Shown: positions 12,912 to 24,207, numbered from the stretch's first letter. The stretch: 64,000 bases of DNA from Dermatophilaceae bacterium (GCA_037046615.1 JBAOHD010000024.1:1-64000), one strand, 5' to 3'. Made by a program: numbers and translations. The notes: generated by a model from the letters alone, not told the origin.

Positions 12912-13700
12912 ATGCGCGCGCTGATCGTCCTCAGCGCATCCCGGAGCCGCGCTCGTTCAACGGGCGCCTCGCCGCGCGCCGCGGCGGACGAGCTCGCGGC
13001 GGCGCGGCTACGAGGTCGACCTCGACGACCTCCACGCGGAGGGCTTCGACCCGGTCGAGGCCGCCCCGCTTCTTCCCGGGGCGCGCCCCGGGGCCGTTCG
13101 ACCCGCAGGCCGAGCAGCGGCGGGCGCACTGGGAGGCGGGGACGACGGCGCCGGACGTGGCGCGGGAGCTCGAGCGCCTGCGCGCGGCCGACCTCGTCGT
13201 CTTCCAGTTCCCGATGTGGTGGCACGCCCAGCCCGGGATGCTCAAGGGCTGGCTCGACCGGGTGCTCGCCTACGGCGGCGCTCTTCACGGGCAGCGGAGC
13301 GCTACGACCGCGGGATGCTGCGCGGGCGGCGCGCGCTCCTCTCCGTGACGGCGGGCGCGCCCGAGAGCGACGTTCCTGCACGACGGCAGGAGCGGCGAGC
13401 TCGACCTCCTGCTCTGGCCGATGGCGTACTCGCTCTTCTACGTCGGGCTCGACGTGCTGCCGCACCAGGTCGCGTACGAGATCTCCGGGTGCGATCAGCC
13501 TACGGGGAGGCGGACGGCACGGCGCGCCGCGACCGCTACGAGGCCGGCGCTGCGCGCGCGCCTGCGCAGCGCGGCGACCGATCCCGTGCTGCCGTTCAAC
13601 GGCTGGGGCGACCTCGGGCCGGACGGGCGCCTGCGCCCCGGCGTGCGCGGGACGAGCGCGTTCGTGCGCGACGACCCGGCCCGCATCCCCGGCCGCTGAC
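12912..13700 (+). CDS. NAD(P)H:quinone oxidoreductase-like flavodoxin-fold protein, frameshifted
   Basis: MRALIVLSA..., [57 protein letters not shown]. Confidence 0.45.
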
Positions 13701-13805
13701 CGGAGCCGGCGCTCGGGGCCGCTGCTACGCTCCCGTCCAGACCGGGCCCCCGGCCGCGTGCTCGTGCGCGCAGCGCTGGTACCCAGGTGACGACCAGGAG
13801 GTCAC

Positions 13806-14076
13806 ATGGCGCTCACGGGCGAGAAGAAGCGCGAGATCATCGAGAAGCACGGCAAGGGCCCGGAGGACACGGGCTCGCCGGAGGTGCAGGTGGCGCTCCT
13901 CACGCTTCCGCATCAACGAGCTCACCGAGCACATGCGGGCGCACAAGCACGACCACCACTCGCGGCGCGGGCTGCTCATGCTCGTCGGCCGGCGCCGGCG
14001 GCTGCTGCAGTACCTGCAGCGCGAGGACGTCGAGCGCTACCGCGCGCTGATCAAGGAGCTCGGCCTCCGGCGCTGA
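13806..14076 (+). CDS. rpsO: 30S ribosomal protein S15, one frameshift near 13905
   Basis: [33 protein letters not shown] followed in another frame by [55 protein letters not shown]. pnp follows, matching rpsO-pnp synteny. Confidence 0.8.
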
Positions 14077-14196
14077 GACCTCCCCGTACGGGGATGACGA
14101 AGACCTGAGCGAGCCCGGCGCGACGTGCGCCGGGACCGCACGAACGCGGATGTCCGGGCGGTTGGTGCGCGCGGACGAGAAGGGACGTAGGACCAC

Positions 14197-16784
14197 ATGA
14201 CAGGTACGACCGTGGCCGGCGAGATCACCGTCGAGGTGGAGGTCGGCGCGGGACGCGTCACGCTCTCCTGCCGGGCGCCTCGCCAAGCAGGCCGACGGCG
14301 CGGTGCTGGCGCGGAGCGGGCGACACCGTCGTCCTCGCGACGGCCGTCGGGCCGGCACGGAGGCGCGCGAGGGGACCGGACTTCTTCCCGCTGACGGTCG
14401 ACATCGAGGAGAAGATGTACGCCGCGGGCAAGATCCCCGGCGGCTTCTTCAAGCGCGAGGGCAAGGCGTCCGAGAAGGCGACCCTGAACGCGCGGATGAT
14501 CGACCGCCCGATCCGGCCGCTCTGGCCGAAGGGCTTCCGGAACGAGATCCAGGTGATCGGGACCGTGCTGTCGGCCGACATGGTCAACGCGCACGACATC
14601 CTCTGCGATCAACGGCGCCTCCGCGGCGCTCGACGATCTCCTCGCTGCCGTTCCTCGGCCCGGTCGGCGCCGTGCGCATCGCGACTGCTCGACGGCGAGC
14701 TCGTCGTCAACCCGGCGCTGCGAGGAGCATGAGGATCTCCGACCTCGACCTGATCGTCGTGCGGCACGCAGGACGCGATCACGATGGTCGAGGCCGGCGC
14801 GCGACGAGGTGCCGGAGGAGCACGCTGCTCGAGGCGCTCGCGCTCGCGCACGCCGAGATCCGACGCTCTGCGACGCGCAGCATCGACCTGGCGCGCCAGG
14901 CCGGCAAGCCGAAGTGGGTCGACGCCGGCGGTGAACGCCGAGATGGCGTCGACGCACGGCGACCGCATCGACGGCGCTCGTCGCCGAGCGCGGCCTCGCC
15001 GGGCGTGGCCGCCGGCGGTCGCCGAGGCGATCGCCGCCGAGCTGCCGCCGCGATCGCGACGGACGTCGGCCGAGGCCGACGATGGTGCGCGCGCACGCAG
15101 GTCGCGCTGGGCCGCTCGCAGTTCCTCGCCGACGAGCGCCGCGCCGCGGCCGTCAAGGCCGTCGTCGCAGACGCAGTTCGGCGACGCGATCCGCGGCGCT
15201 CTCGGACGCCGAGCAGGACTCGAAGGAGCTGAAGTCGCGCGAAGCGCGACGCGCTGGTCGAGACAGATCCTCGCGACGATCCGCGCTGCCGTTCCCGGGC
15301 GGCGCGCGCGGACGGCGGCATCGACGCCGCCACGCGCACGGCGCGATCAAGAAGGCGGTCGACGTCGGTCTACAAGGACCATCGTCCGCACGAAGATCGC
15401 GGTCGAGAAGCGCCGCCCCGACGGCCGCTGCGCGAGACGGAGATCCGCCCGATCTGGTGCGAGGTCGGCGGCGATCGCCGCGCACGCACGGCTCGGCGGT
15501 CTTCACGCGCGGCCAGACGCAGGTGCTGACGGTCGTGCACGCTCGGCACGACCGACGGAGGAGCAGCGCCTCGACGACCTGTCGCTCGAGACCGCGCAAG
15601 CGCTACATCCACCACTACAACTTCCCGCCCTTCTCGCGTGGGCGAGGCGCGGCTGCATGCGCGGCCCGAAGCCGCCGCGACATCGGCCACGGCGCGCTCG
15701 CCGAGCGCGCGCTGCTGCGCGGTGATCCCGTCGACGCCGAGGACTTCCCGTACACGATCCGCGCTCGTCTCCGAGATCGCTCGAGTCGAACGGCTCGTCC
15801 TCGATGGCCTCGCGTCTGCGGCTCGACCCTGGCGCTGATGGACGCCGGCGTGCCGATCACGGCGCCCGTCGCCGGCATCGCGATGGGCCTCGATCAAGGA
15901 GGGCGACTCGACTACGTCGATCCTCACCGACATCCAGGGCGCCGAGGACCACCTCGGCGACATGGACTTCAAGGTCGCCGGCACCGCCGAGGGCGTCACC
16001 GCCCTCCAGATGGACATCAAGATCACGCGGCGTCACGCAGGAGATCATGCGGGACGCGCTCGCGCAGGCGCCGCGACGCGCGCGTCAGCATCCTCGGCAC
16101 CATGGCCGAGACGATCGCCGAGCCGCGGGCCGAGCTCGCCGGCGCCACGCGCCGCGCGTGCTCGACGAGTCAAGATCAACGCCGGAGCAGATCGGCCTGC
16201 TGATCGGCAAGGGCGGCGAGACGATCCGCGGCGCTCGAGGAGGAGTACGACGTCCAGATCGACATCGAGGAGGACGGCACCGATCCGCGTCTACGCCGCG
16301 TCGGGCGACGGCGCCGACGCGCTGCATCAGGAGCACATCGACGCAGATGATGAACGCCCCGTGCAGGCCGGGCGACGTCGTACACGCGAGAAGCGCGTCG
16401 TGAAGATCGACCGACTTCGGCGCCTTCGTCGAGCTGCAGCAAGGGCACGGACGGCGCTGCTCCACGTCTCCGACGTGATCGCCCCGGCCGCGTCGCGCAT
16501 CCAGTCGACGGACCAGGTGCTCGACCGGAACGACGTCGTCTCGACGTCGAGGTGCAGTCGAGGTCGACCAGGACCGCGGCCGCATCGCGCTCAAGCTGAT
16601 CGCGAAGCACGAGGACGGCGTCGAGATCACGCCGGAGGCGCTCGGCGAGCGCTACGTCGAGGCCCATCCCGACGCCGCCCGCGGCGGCCGCCCCGACGGC
16701 GACCGCCCCGACCGCGGCCCGCGCGAGGGCGGCGACGGCGGCGGCCGGCGCAGGCGGGGCCCGCGCCCCGGCGGCGACCGCTGA
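14197..16784 (+). CDS. pnp: polynucleotide phosphorylase (PNPase), many frameshifts
   Basis: [104 protein letters not shown], a KH motif [14 protein letters not shown] and an S1-domain tail. It sits directly downstream of rpsO. Confidence 0.8.
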
Positions 16785-16860
16785 GCCGCTCGTCGTCTCG
16801 AGCGAGGCGAAGGAGCGAGGGCCGGGGGAGACCCCGGCCCTCGCGCGTTCCAGGCGTCGC

Positions 16861-17080
16861 GTGCCGCGTGGAGTACACTCGCGGGCCGTGGCAGACGACC
16901 CGCGCGCGGCGCCGATCGGCGTGTTCGACTCCGGCGTCGGCGGGCTCTCGGTGCTGCGCGAGCTGCGCCGGCTCCTGCCGCACGAGGACGTCGTCTACGT
17001 CGCCGACCACGCCTACGTGCCGTACGGGCGGCGCGACGCCAACGAGATCGTCGCGCGCAGCGAGGCGATCGCGGCGTCGT
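16861..17080 (+). CDS. murI: glutamate racemase, 5' fragment only (gene cut at the block A/B junction)
   Basis: [72 protein letters not shown] carries the VFDSGVGG MurI signature. Homology stops at ~17075. Confidence 0.6.
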
Positions 17081-18056
17081 CGCCGTGCTCCTGGCCGCCC
17101 TCCTCGACCCGATCAAGCAGGTACTGCGCCGCCGGCTCAAGCCCGCAGCCGCGGCGGGAGTGACGGTCGTGGCGACCATTGCTGCCATCTCGCTGCTGCT
17201 GTTCCTCATCGGGAGTCAGATCACGGGCGGTTTCTCGGAGATGGCCGGGCAGGTGGGCCAGGGCCTCGATCAGATCCGAGCGTGGGTCCGCACCACCTTC
17301 AAGATCACCGACAGCGAGTTCGCCCGCTACCTCGACGAGGCCAAGGCCGCGCTGTCATCGAGCGATGGGCTGCGTGGGTCGCTGACCAAGGCCGGCCTCG
17401 GCGCGACCCACGTCATCGCCGGCACATTCATCAGCCTCTTCGCCCTGTTCTTCTTCCTCTACGAGGGCGACCGCATCTGGGGCTGGGTCGTGCGGCTCTT
17501 CCCGCGCGACGCTCGGGCCAAGGTCGCCTCATCAGGTGAGGTGGCGTGGCGGCAGCTCACGGCTTTCACCCGCGCCACGCTCCTCGTGGCTCTCGTGGAC
17601 GCCGCTGGCATCACCATCGTCGCGCTCGTGCTCCGGGTGCCCTTTGCGCTGGCCATCGGTGCGCTCGTCTTCCTCGGGGCGTTCATCCCCATCGTCGGCG
17701 CGCTCATGAGCGGGCTGGTGGCCGTCCTCATCGCTCTCGTCGCCCACGGCCCCGTCGTCGCGTTGCTCATGTTGGCCGGCGTCATCGCGGTGCAACAGCT
17801 CGAATCCCACGTGCTCCAGCCCTTCCTGCTGGGCCGGGCCGTCGCCGTCCATCCCCTGGCGGTGATCCTTGTGATCGCCGCCGGAGTGGTCGTGGCCGGC
17901 ATCGTCGGAGCGCTCGTGGCGGTGCCGATCGCCGCCGTCCTCAACGGAGTGGGCAAACACCTGGCCGGCCATGATGCGCCGGCCCTGCCAGCAGCACCGC
18001 ACCCTCCCGCCTCGTCGGATCCGGGCGAGTCAGGTCCAGCGGCCGCAGCGACCTAG
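17080..18056 (+). CDS. AI-2E family (PerM/TqsA-like) transporter, 3' portion only; the N-terminus is missing at the junction
   Basis: 323 aa with multiple TM helices: ...[70 protein letters not shown]. No frameshifts. The in-frame upstream sequence runs straight into the murI fragment. Confidence 0.65.
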
Positions 18057-18115
18057 CATTCGCTCGGGCGGGCCGTGGCTTCGGCTGTGCTCTGTGGCGA
18101 TCCAGCGCAGTGACG

Positions 18116-19177
18116 TCAGTCGCCGACAGCCCGCGGGACGGCCATTTCGAGCGACGAGTCCTCGCCATCGCACGCACCCGCCTCGGAGCCGGCCGCGTGC
18201 GGCGGTGCAACGGGGGGCAGCGCAGGTGCCTTGTCCTTGAGCGTGTAGGTGGGGGGCGGCACGGCGACGGGGCTCCACGGCATACCGAGGCCGGGGTGCG
18301 AGATCTCGACGGTGGCGGGGTCGACGCCGAAGTCCGCGAAGGCGACCACCGCAGGACGCACGGGAGCGATGGCCGGCGCCGTCGGGGCGACCCGCTCATG
18401 CTCGTCGGGCACCCCCTGCGTGTCGGGCATCTCTGGGGCCTCGATGGCGACCGACTCCACGGCCGCCGCGGAGGAAGTCTCCGAGGGCGCGGCGGCAGGC
18501 GCGGGCCGGGGCGAGCGGGTGGCTGGCCGAGCCGCGGCGATCTGGTCAGCTCGGCCCGGAGCTGACGCGGTGCGCGCGCGTGCCAACTGCGCTCCGGTAT
18601 GCCGTGACGTGCGCTCGCGGACGGCTGCCATCCGCAGTGCACCGACGGCAAGCACGAGCGCGAGCACAGGCACGACGGGCAGCCACCGCGCGATGACATC
18701 CGTGAACGCGAGGACACCGACGACGGGAAGGGCCAGCATCGCGAGCCCACCGAGCAGTGCCCAGGCGCGGCGGATCACCATGGTGCGCCGCGGCACGGGG
18801 CGCCTGCTCGCACGACGGGCTGGTCGAGGACGGGTGTCCAGGGGAGCGTTCGTGCGGGTGACCCCGGCCAGGCTGTCGGGTGGGGTGACCGTCGCGCGCT
18901 GGCTTGAGCGGGCGATCAAGGGCGATGCCGGAGCGCTGGTGGCCGGCGGTGAGGAGACCTTCGCGTGATGCCCTTCGGCGGCCTCCCGCACGGCGAGGCT
19001 GGGCCGCGGGGTGGGCGCGGCGATCACAGGACGACGGTCGAGCACTCGCATCGCGTCGCTGAATCGGTCGAGCGACCGGGCGGTGGCGAGGTCTTCTCTG
19101 CGGCGCACCCAATGCTGCACGAGGAAGGCAGCCCAGATGCCGATGACGGCGACAAAAATCAAGGACGAGGGCTGCAC
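18116..19177 (-). CDS. conserved Ala/Pro-rich transmembrane protein (resembles M. tuberculosis Rv0996)
   Basis: 353 aa with an N-terminal TM (LIFVAVIGIWAAFLVQHW) and a second TM pair in the middle. Sits next to rimJ as in mycobacteria. Confidence 0.5.
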   Translation of the reverse strand: MQPSSLIFVAVIGIWAAFLVQHWVRRREDLATARSLDRFSDAMRVLDRRPVIAAPTPRPSLAVREAAEGHHAKVSSPPATSAPASPLIARSSQRATVTPPDSLAGVTRTNAPLDTRPRPARRASRRPVPRRTMVIRRAWALLGGLAMLALPVVGVLAFTDVIARWLPVVPVLALVLAVGALRMAAVRERTSRHTGAQLARARTASAPGRADQIAAARPATRSPRPAPAAAPSETSSAAAVESVAIEAPEMPDTQGVPDEHERVAPTAPAIAPVRPAVVAFADFGVDPATVEISHPGLGMPWSPVAVPPPTYTLKDKAPALPPVAPPHAAGSEAGACDGEDSSLEMAVPRAVGD

Positions 19178-19204
19178 CGCTCCACGGTATGGAGGCAGGC
19201 GCCT

Positions 19205-19880
19205 AGGCGGTCGGACCTCGGTCGGTGTGTCGCGGATGAGGCTGGTGTGACGGTTGGGATTCGTCCCATCGAGTGATCGTGCGGCGGCCGTCGCAGTCCT
19301 CTGTCGTCAGAGCAAAGGTGCGGTGATCACACCATCGGCCCTCGATGTGCATATACCGCTGCCGGACTCCTTCGTCCCTCATCCGCAGGTGCGCGACAAC
19401 CGCGAGGGAAGCCTCGTTTTCGGGCCGCACGTTGACCTCGACCCGGTGCAAACCCATCGGCCCGAAGGCATAGTCACACAGCTCGGCCAGTGCCCGCGTC
19501 GTCACGCCCTGCCCGGCGAACCGCGGACCGACCCAATAGCCCGCCGCCGGCTGACAGCAGCAGATCCCCGGGTGATCCCGAAGAGATGGACCTGACCGGC
19601 AAGGTGTCCGTCCACCTGGATCGCAAAGGGCAAGGTCGTGCCCGACCTCGCCTCATCGTTCATCGCCCGGACATACCCCGCGAAACCCACCCGGTTGCCG
19701 ACCCCATCAGGGGGCGTCGGCTCCCACCGGGCGAGGTAGTCCAGGCTCTCGCGGCGCAGGGCCTCCCACCCGCCCCGGTCGCGCCGGCCGAGCGGTCGCA
19801 GGACGATCCCCGGCGCACGGCCGTCGCTCACGACGAGGCTCACCGGCCATCGGTGCCCCACGTCAGCCAGCCTGATCATG
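19205..19880 (-). CDS. rimJ: GNAT N-acetyltransferase (RimJ-like), one frameshift near 19500
   Basis: MIRLADVGHRWPVSLVVSDGRAPGIVLRPLGRRDRGGWEALRRESLDYLARWEP... then, in another frame, LHRVEVNVRPENEASLAVVAHLRMRDEGVRQRYMHIEGRWCDHRTFALT. Confidence 0.6.
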
Positions 19881-20378
19881 ATCACCGCCGCCACGGAGCT
19901 GGTCGACCACATGGTCGACCACGGGGCGCAGCACCGACAGGGCGTCCGCGACCCCTCCCCGGGAGCCAGGCAGGTTGACGACGAGAGTCCGCCCGCTGAT
20001 CCCTGCCAACCCACGCGTGATCGACGCGAGCGCCAAACCGCGGCTGATCCCGACATGACGCACGAGCTCTGGTATGCCGGGTATCTCCCGCTCGAGGAAC
20101 GGTCGGGTCTGCTCCGGGGTCACGTCGCCGGGCGCAACCCCGGTGCCCCCGGTCGTGATGACGACCGCCGGGGACGAGGCGAGGGCCGCGCCGATCGCGT
20201 GACCGACCTCCGGCCCGTCGGGGACGACGATCTGCGGCGGCACGGCATACCCCCACTCCTGGAGGGTCGCGACGAGGACGGGACCCGTGCGGTCCTCGTA
20301 GGTCCCGTCAGAAGCGCGCGTGGACGCGACGATGACGACCGCGCGCGGCGCCGCCGCACCCCCGAGCGATCCCGTCAT
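19863..20378 (-). CDS. moaB: molybdenum cofactor biosynthesis protein MoaB/MogA family
   Basis: MTGSLGG...AVVIVASTRASDGTYEDRTGPVLV...VITTGGTGVAPGDVTPEQT. Its ATG overlaps the moaC stop by 4 nt (ATGA). An alternative ATG lies at 20399. Confidence 0.8.
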   Translation of the reverse strand: MTGSLGGAAAPRAVVIVASTRASDGTYEDRTGPVLVATLQEWGYAVPPQIVVPDGPEVGHAIGAALASSPAVVITTGGTGVAPGDVTPEQTRPFLEREIPGIPELVRHVGISRGLALASITRGLAGISGRTLVVNLPGSRGGVADALSVLRPVVDHVVDQLRGGGDHDQAG

Positions 20379-20866
20379 GCGGTCGTCACCTCTCGCCAAT
20401 CTCCCGAGCGGCCGCCGGCCTTGGCGGTCACCCGGATGTCGGTGATGCGGGCGTGCCGGTCGACCGCCTTCACCATGTCGACGAGGGCGAGCGCCGCGAC
20501 GGCGACGGCCGTGAGCGCTTCCATCTCGATGCCGGTGCGATCGGCGGTGCGGACGCTCGCCTCGATGTCCACGCCGTCGTCGACGACGGTCAGGTCGACG
20601 GCTGCGAAGTGGACTGCCACCGGGTGAGCCAGCGGGATGAGCTCCGGGGTGCGTTTGACCGCCTGGATGCCGGCGATCCGCGCCACCGCAAGCGCGTCGC
20701 CCTTGGGCACGGCGCCATCGTGCAGCGCGGCGATCGCCGCAGGAGACAGGAGCACGCGTCCGGCCGCGCTCGCACTCCGAGCGGTGATCGCCTTCGCGCT
20801 CACGTCGACCATGGCGGCCGTGCCGTCGTCTCGGACATGGGTCAGCCGGGCTGGGGTGTCACTCAT
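20375..20866 (-). CDS. moaC: cyclic pyranopterin monophosphate synthase MoaC
   Basis: LTHVRDDGTAAMVDVSAKAITARSA...IQAVKRTPELIPLAHPV...IEMEALTAVAVAALALVDMVKAVD. Overlaps moeA by 4 nt. Confidence 0.85.
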   Translation of the reverse strand: MSDTPARLTHVRDDGTAAMVDVSAKAITARSASAAGRVLLSPAAIAALHDGAVPKGDALAVARIAGIQAVKRTPELIPLAHPVAVHFAAVDLTVVDDGVDIEASVRTADRTGIEMEALTAVAVAALALVDMVKAVDRHARITDIRVTAKAGGRSGDWREVTTA

Positions 20867-22095
20867 CGCTGGCCTCCTTCGGGTGAGCCCACGACGATCG
20901 CCTCGGCCTCGTCGCCTGCGGACAAGGCTGTCACCTCGGCGGGCACGAGCAGGTATGCCGTTGCTTCGGCCAGATCGGCGACGAAATGCGACCCCTGGCC
21001 GGACACCGGGTGAGCCATGAGTCGGTCGCCGTCTTGTGAGAGGAGGGCTCGGGCGATCTGCAGTTTGCCCGCGGGCGATCGCATCCCCGCCGCGAGCGTG
21101 ACGCGGACGGTCGCGGTGGCCGGGTCGAGCCCGAGCAGGCGGCGGATCGCCGGACGGACGAACATCTCGAACGACACTGCGGCCGAGACCGGGTTGCCGG
21201 GCAATCCGAAAAACGTCACGCGAGCTGCGCCGAGGAAACCGAACCCCTGCGGCTTGCCCGGTTGCATCGCGACCTGGACGAACTCCACCGTGCCTGAGTC
21301 GCGCAGCACGTCCTTGACGACGTCGTGGACCCCCATGCTCACGCCGCCTGACGTGATGACGATGTCGACCTCGTTGGCTAGGCGGTCGAGCAATTCCCGA
21401 ACGCTCGCCGGGTCGTCGCCGACGCTCCCCCGGTATGCCGTCCGCCCACCACAGGCCTCGACGAGGGTTGCGAGCAGGATGCTGTTGGAGTCGTAGATCT
21501 GCCCGTCGCGCAGGGGGCTGCCGGGCGGGACGAGTTCGGCTCCGGTCGACACGACCGCGACCCGGGGGCGCGGGTGAGCCGCCACCCGACCATGGCCAGC
21601 GGCAGCAAGGAGAGCGAGCCGGCGAGGGGTGAGGACCAGTCCCGGGGCGAGGACCTCACCGCCACGGCGCAGGTCCTCGCCCTGACGGCGGATGGAGGTG
21701 TCGGCGCGCACCTCGTCTGTGATCGCGACGACGTCATCACCACCGTCGGTGAGCTCGACCTTGACGACCGTGTCGGCGCCCGCAGGCATGGGGGCGCCGG
21801 TCATGATCTGGATCGCCTCACCCTCTCCCACCACCATGTCTGCTGCGGAATCGCCTGCGGCGCAATGTCCGACGACCCTGAGGCACACCGGACGCTCAGG
21901 CGAGGCGCCCTGCAGATCGGCGGCGCGGACGGCATACCCGTCCATGGCGGAGTTGTCGAAGCCGGGGAGGTCGACGAGGGACGTGAGCGTCTCGGTCGCG
22001 ACGAGCCCGGCGGCCTCGGCGAGCGGAAGCGACACCGGAGATAGGGGGACGATCTGGGCCAGGACGGCGAGGCGGTGCTCGGCCACAGTCCTCAC
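20863..22095 (-). CDS. moeA: molybdopterin molybdotransferase MoeA
   Basis: 410 aa: FDNSAMDGYAVRAADL...IQIMTGAPMPAGADTVV...VITSGGVSMGVHDVVKDVL...GLPGNPVSA. Confidence 0.85.
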   Translation of the reverse strand: MRTVAEHRLAVLAQIVPLSPVSLPLAEAAGLVATETLTSLVDLPGFDNSAMDGYAVRAADLQGASPERPVCLRVVGHCAAGDSAADMVVGEGEAIQIMTGAPMPAGADTVVKVELTDGGDDVVAITDEVRADTSIRRQGEDLRRGGEVLAPGLVLTPRRLALLAAAGHGRVAAHPRPRVAVVSTGAELVPPGSPLRDGQIYDSNSILLATLVEACGGRTAYRGSVGDDPASVRELLDRLANEVDIVITSGGVSMGVHDVVKDVLRDSGTVEFVQVAMQPGKPQGFGFLGAARVTFFGLPGNPVSAAVSFEMFVRPAIRRLLGLDPATATVRVTLAAGMRSPAGKLQIARALLSQDGDRLMAHPVSGQGSHFVADLAEATAYLLVPAEVTALSAGDEAEAIVVGSPEGGQR

Positions 22096-23498
22096 GAGCG
22101 CAACACCGCCCCGTCGGGGATCTGCAGGGTCGTCGACCGACCGCGGGTGTCGATGTCGACGTCCCCGAGGCAGGTCACGTGTCCCCCGACGACGACATCC
22201 CCGACGATCCGCAGCGACGTGCAGTGCCGCAAGCTCGGTGAGCCGCCGGGGAATCGCGACTCGAAGTCGTCGATGAGACGGAACTCGGGCCCGAGCTCGA
22301 TCACGGGCACGGGGTGGAGGCCGATGCGCTCCAGCGCAAAGTCCTCGTCGATGCGATAGCGATCTGACCGGATGAGCAGGAGATCGGCCGTCGTCTTGAC
22401 CGGCTCGAATCGCCGGCGTGACACGAGCAGTGCCTGGGCGCCATCGACCGACTCGACGGCCGCCCCCATCGCCGACTCGAGTTGGAGGACCGGGATCGAT
22501 GTCGGGTCGGTGGGATCGACCGTCTTGCGGTTGACAATGACCGGCAGGGCTCGCTCAGGCGCGGACGCGAGCTCGGCGACGACGTCGACGCGCACCCAGA
22601 GGCTGTTGGCATTGAAGAACCGATGACGTGCGATGTCTGCGAAGGCGGATTCTTCCCCCGGCGCGACCATCGCCAGCTCCCGAAGGATGAGCCGACCGTC
22701 CTCCCGGCGGCGAGCAAAGTGACCTCCCTTGCGGTCGTTGGCCGTCCGGACGCAGGCTTCGACGACGAGCGGCAGATCGTGCTCGATGACCCAGCTCGCG
22801 ATCGCAGGGTCGCACGTGGCGCCGAGGTTGTCGGCGTTGGAGATGAAGACATACCGGACGCCGCGCTCGACGAGCTGGTCGAGGATGCCGGACTCAGCCA
22901 AGGAGGCGAACACGTCGCCGTGGCCGGGCGGGCACCACTCCAGTTCCCGGTCGGTCGGCCAGTCAACTGGTGCCATCGTGCCGCTCACCACCTTGGGCAC
23001 CGCACCTTGGAGGAAGTCCAGGGAAAGCCCCTCCACAGCCAGGTCTGGATATGCCGCGAGCGCTCGCGCGGTGTCTTCCCGCGTGCGGAACGAGTTCATG
23101 AACACCAGCGGTAGTGAGACGGCATACCGCTTGCGCAGGGAGAGCACCTGACGGGCGATGACGTCGAGGAAGGTGAGCCCGTCACGCACGACGAGGGCGC
23201 TCTTGGGGCCGTCGAGGCCCATCGTTGTGCCGAGGCCGCCGTTGAGCTTCACGACGGCAACGTGGGATAGAGCCTGTGCGGCCGTCTCGTCGGCGACCTC
23301 GTGAGCGGAGAGATGCGGGAGGTCGTCCACGGGGTCGATAGAGCCTTCTGGGATGAGACCTCGGGCGCCGGCGGCGACCGCGAGGTAGTGGGTGGTGAAC
23401 TGGCCGATAGTGCGTTCGCCGGCGCCCCTGGCGCGCATCCGCCGTTGGGCCTCCGCGAGATTGTCCCGATGTTCGGCGGCAAGTTCCCCTCTCATCAC
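22092..23498 (-). CDS. galU: UTP--glucose-1-phosphate uridylyltransferase (UDPGP / eukaryote-type UGPase family)
   Basis: 468 aa with VVKLNGGLGTTMG (UGPase signature) and PPGHGDVFASLAESGILD. Same position as Rv0993 galU in M. tuberculosis. Confidence 0.8.
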   Translation of the reverse strand: MMRGELAAEHRDNLAEAQRRMRARGAGERTIGQFTTHYLAVAAGARGLIPEGSIDPVDDLPHLSAHEVADETAAQALSHVAVVKLNGGLGTTMGLDGPKSALVVRDGLTFLDVIARQVLSLRKRYAVSLPLVFMNSFRTREDTARALAAYPDLAVEGLSLDFLQGAVPKVVSGTMAPVDWPTDRELEWCPPGHGDVFASLAESGILDQLVERGVRYVFISNADNLGATCDPAIASWVIEHDLPLVVEACVRTANDRKGGHFARRREDGRLILRELAMVAPGEESAFADIARHRFFNANSLWVRVDVVAELASAPERALPVIVNRKTVDPTDPTSIPVLQLESAMGAAVESVDGAQALLVSRRRFEPVKTTADLLLIRSDRYRIDEDFALERIGLHPVPVIELGPEFRLIDDFESRFPGGSPSLRHCTSLRIVGDVVVGGHVTCLGDVDIDTRGRSTTLQIPDGAVLRS

Positions 23499-23533
23499 GA
23501 GGCCAGCCTAACCGCGGCCCTGGGCACCGGGCC

Positions 23534-24157
23534 GTGACCTACGCTGGCCCGGTGTCCACCCCCGACAGTGACGTCGCGGAGCGAAAAGCGCGCCTGCGCG
23601 AGACCGTCCGCGCGGGCCGCAGGCATCGGCGTGACGCCGATCCCGAGGGCTGCGCACGCGCGCTGGCCGCGGGTGCGCTCGCGGCGGCGACCCTCGCGTC
23701 GCTCGCGGCACACCCCCGCGCCGGGCACCCACTGATCGTCACGGCATACGACTCCTGGACGACTGAGCCCCCCACGGAGGCGCTCGTGGCGGCGCTCGGT
23801 CAGGCGGGGCACACCGTCCTCCTGCCGATCACACACCCGCTGCCCGACCGGACCCTCGACTGGTATGCCGCAGGCACCGGCCCGCAGGAGCCGTGGGGCG
23901 TCGACGCCATCGCGCGGGCAGACCTCGTGTTGACCCCCGGGTTACTCGTCGACTCGGCAGGCACGCGCCTGGGTCAGGGAGGTGGCTACTACGACGCGTC
24001 CTTGGCCCTGGTGCGGCCGGGCACTCCGGTTGTCGTCGTCCTCTGGGATGACGAGCTCACGACAGACTCACTCCCCCGCGATGATCACGACCGACCGGTC
24101 GACGGGGTGATCCGACCCGGCTTCGGACTGACGTGGTTCGCCCGGGCGCTCGACTGA
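23534..24157 (+). CDS. 5-formyltetrahydrofolate cyclo-ligase
   Basis: 207 aa with the GQGGGYYD motif and a PG-loop. Divergent from galU, as Rv0992c is in M. tuberculosis. Confidence 0.75.
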   Translation: MTYAGPVSTPDSDVAERKARLRETVRAGRRHRRDADPEGCARALAAGALAAATLASLAAHPRAGHPLIVTAYDSWTTEPPTEALVAALGQAGHTVLLPITHPLPDRTLDWYAAGTGPQEPWGVDAIARADLVLTPGLLVDSAGTRLGQGGGYYDASLALVRPGTPVVVVLWDDELTTDSLPRDDHDRPVDGVIRPGFGLTWFARALD

Positions 24158-24207
24158 AAGACTGACCCCATCACCTGACGACATTCCCGGGGCGAGAGGG
24201 GCCGACG

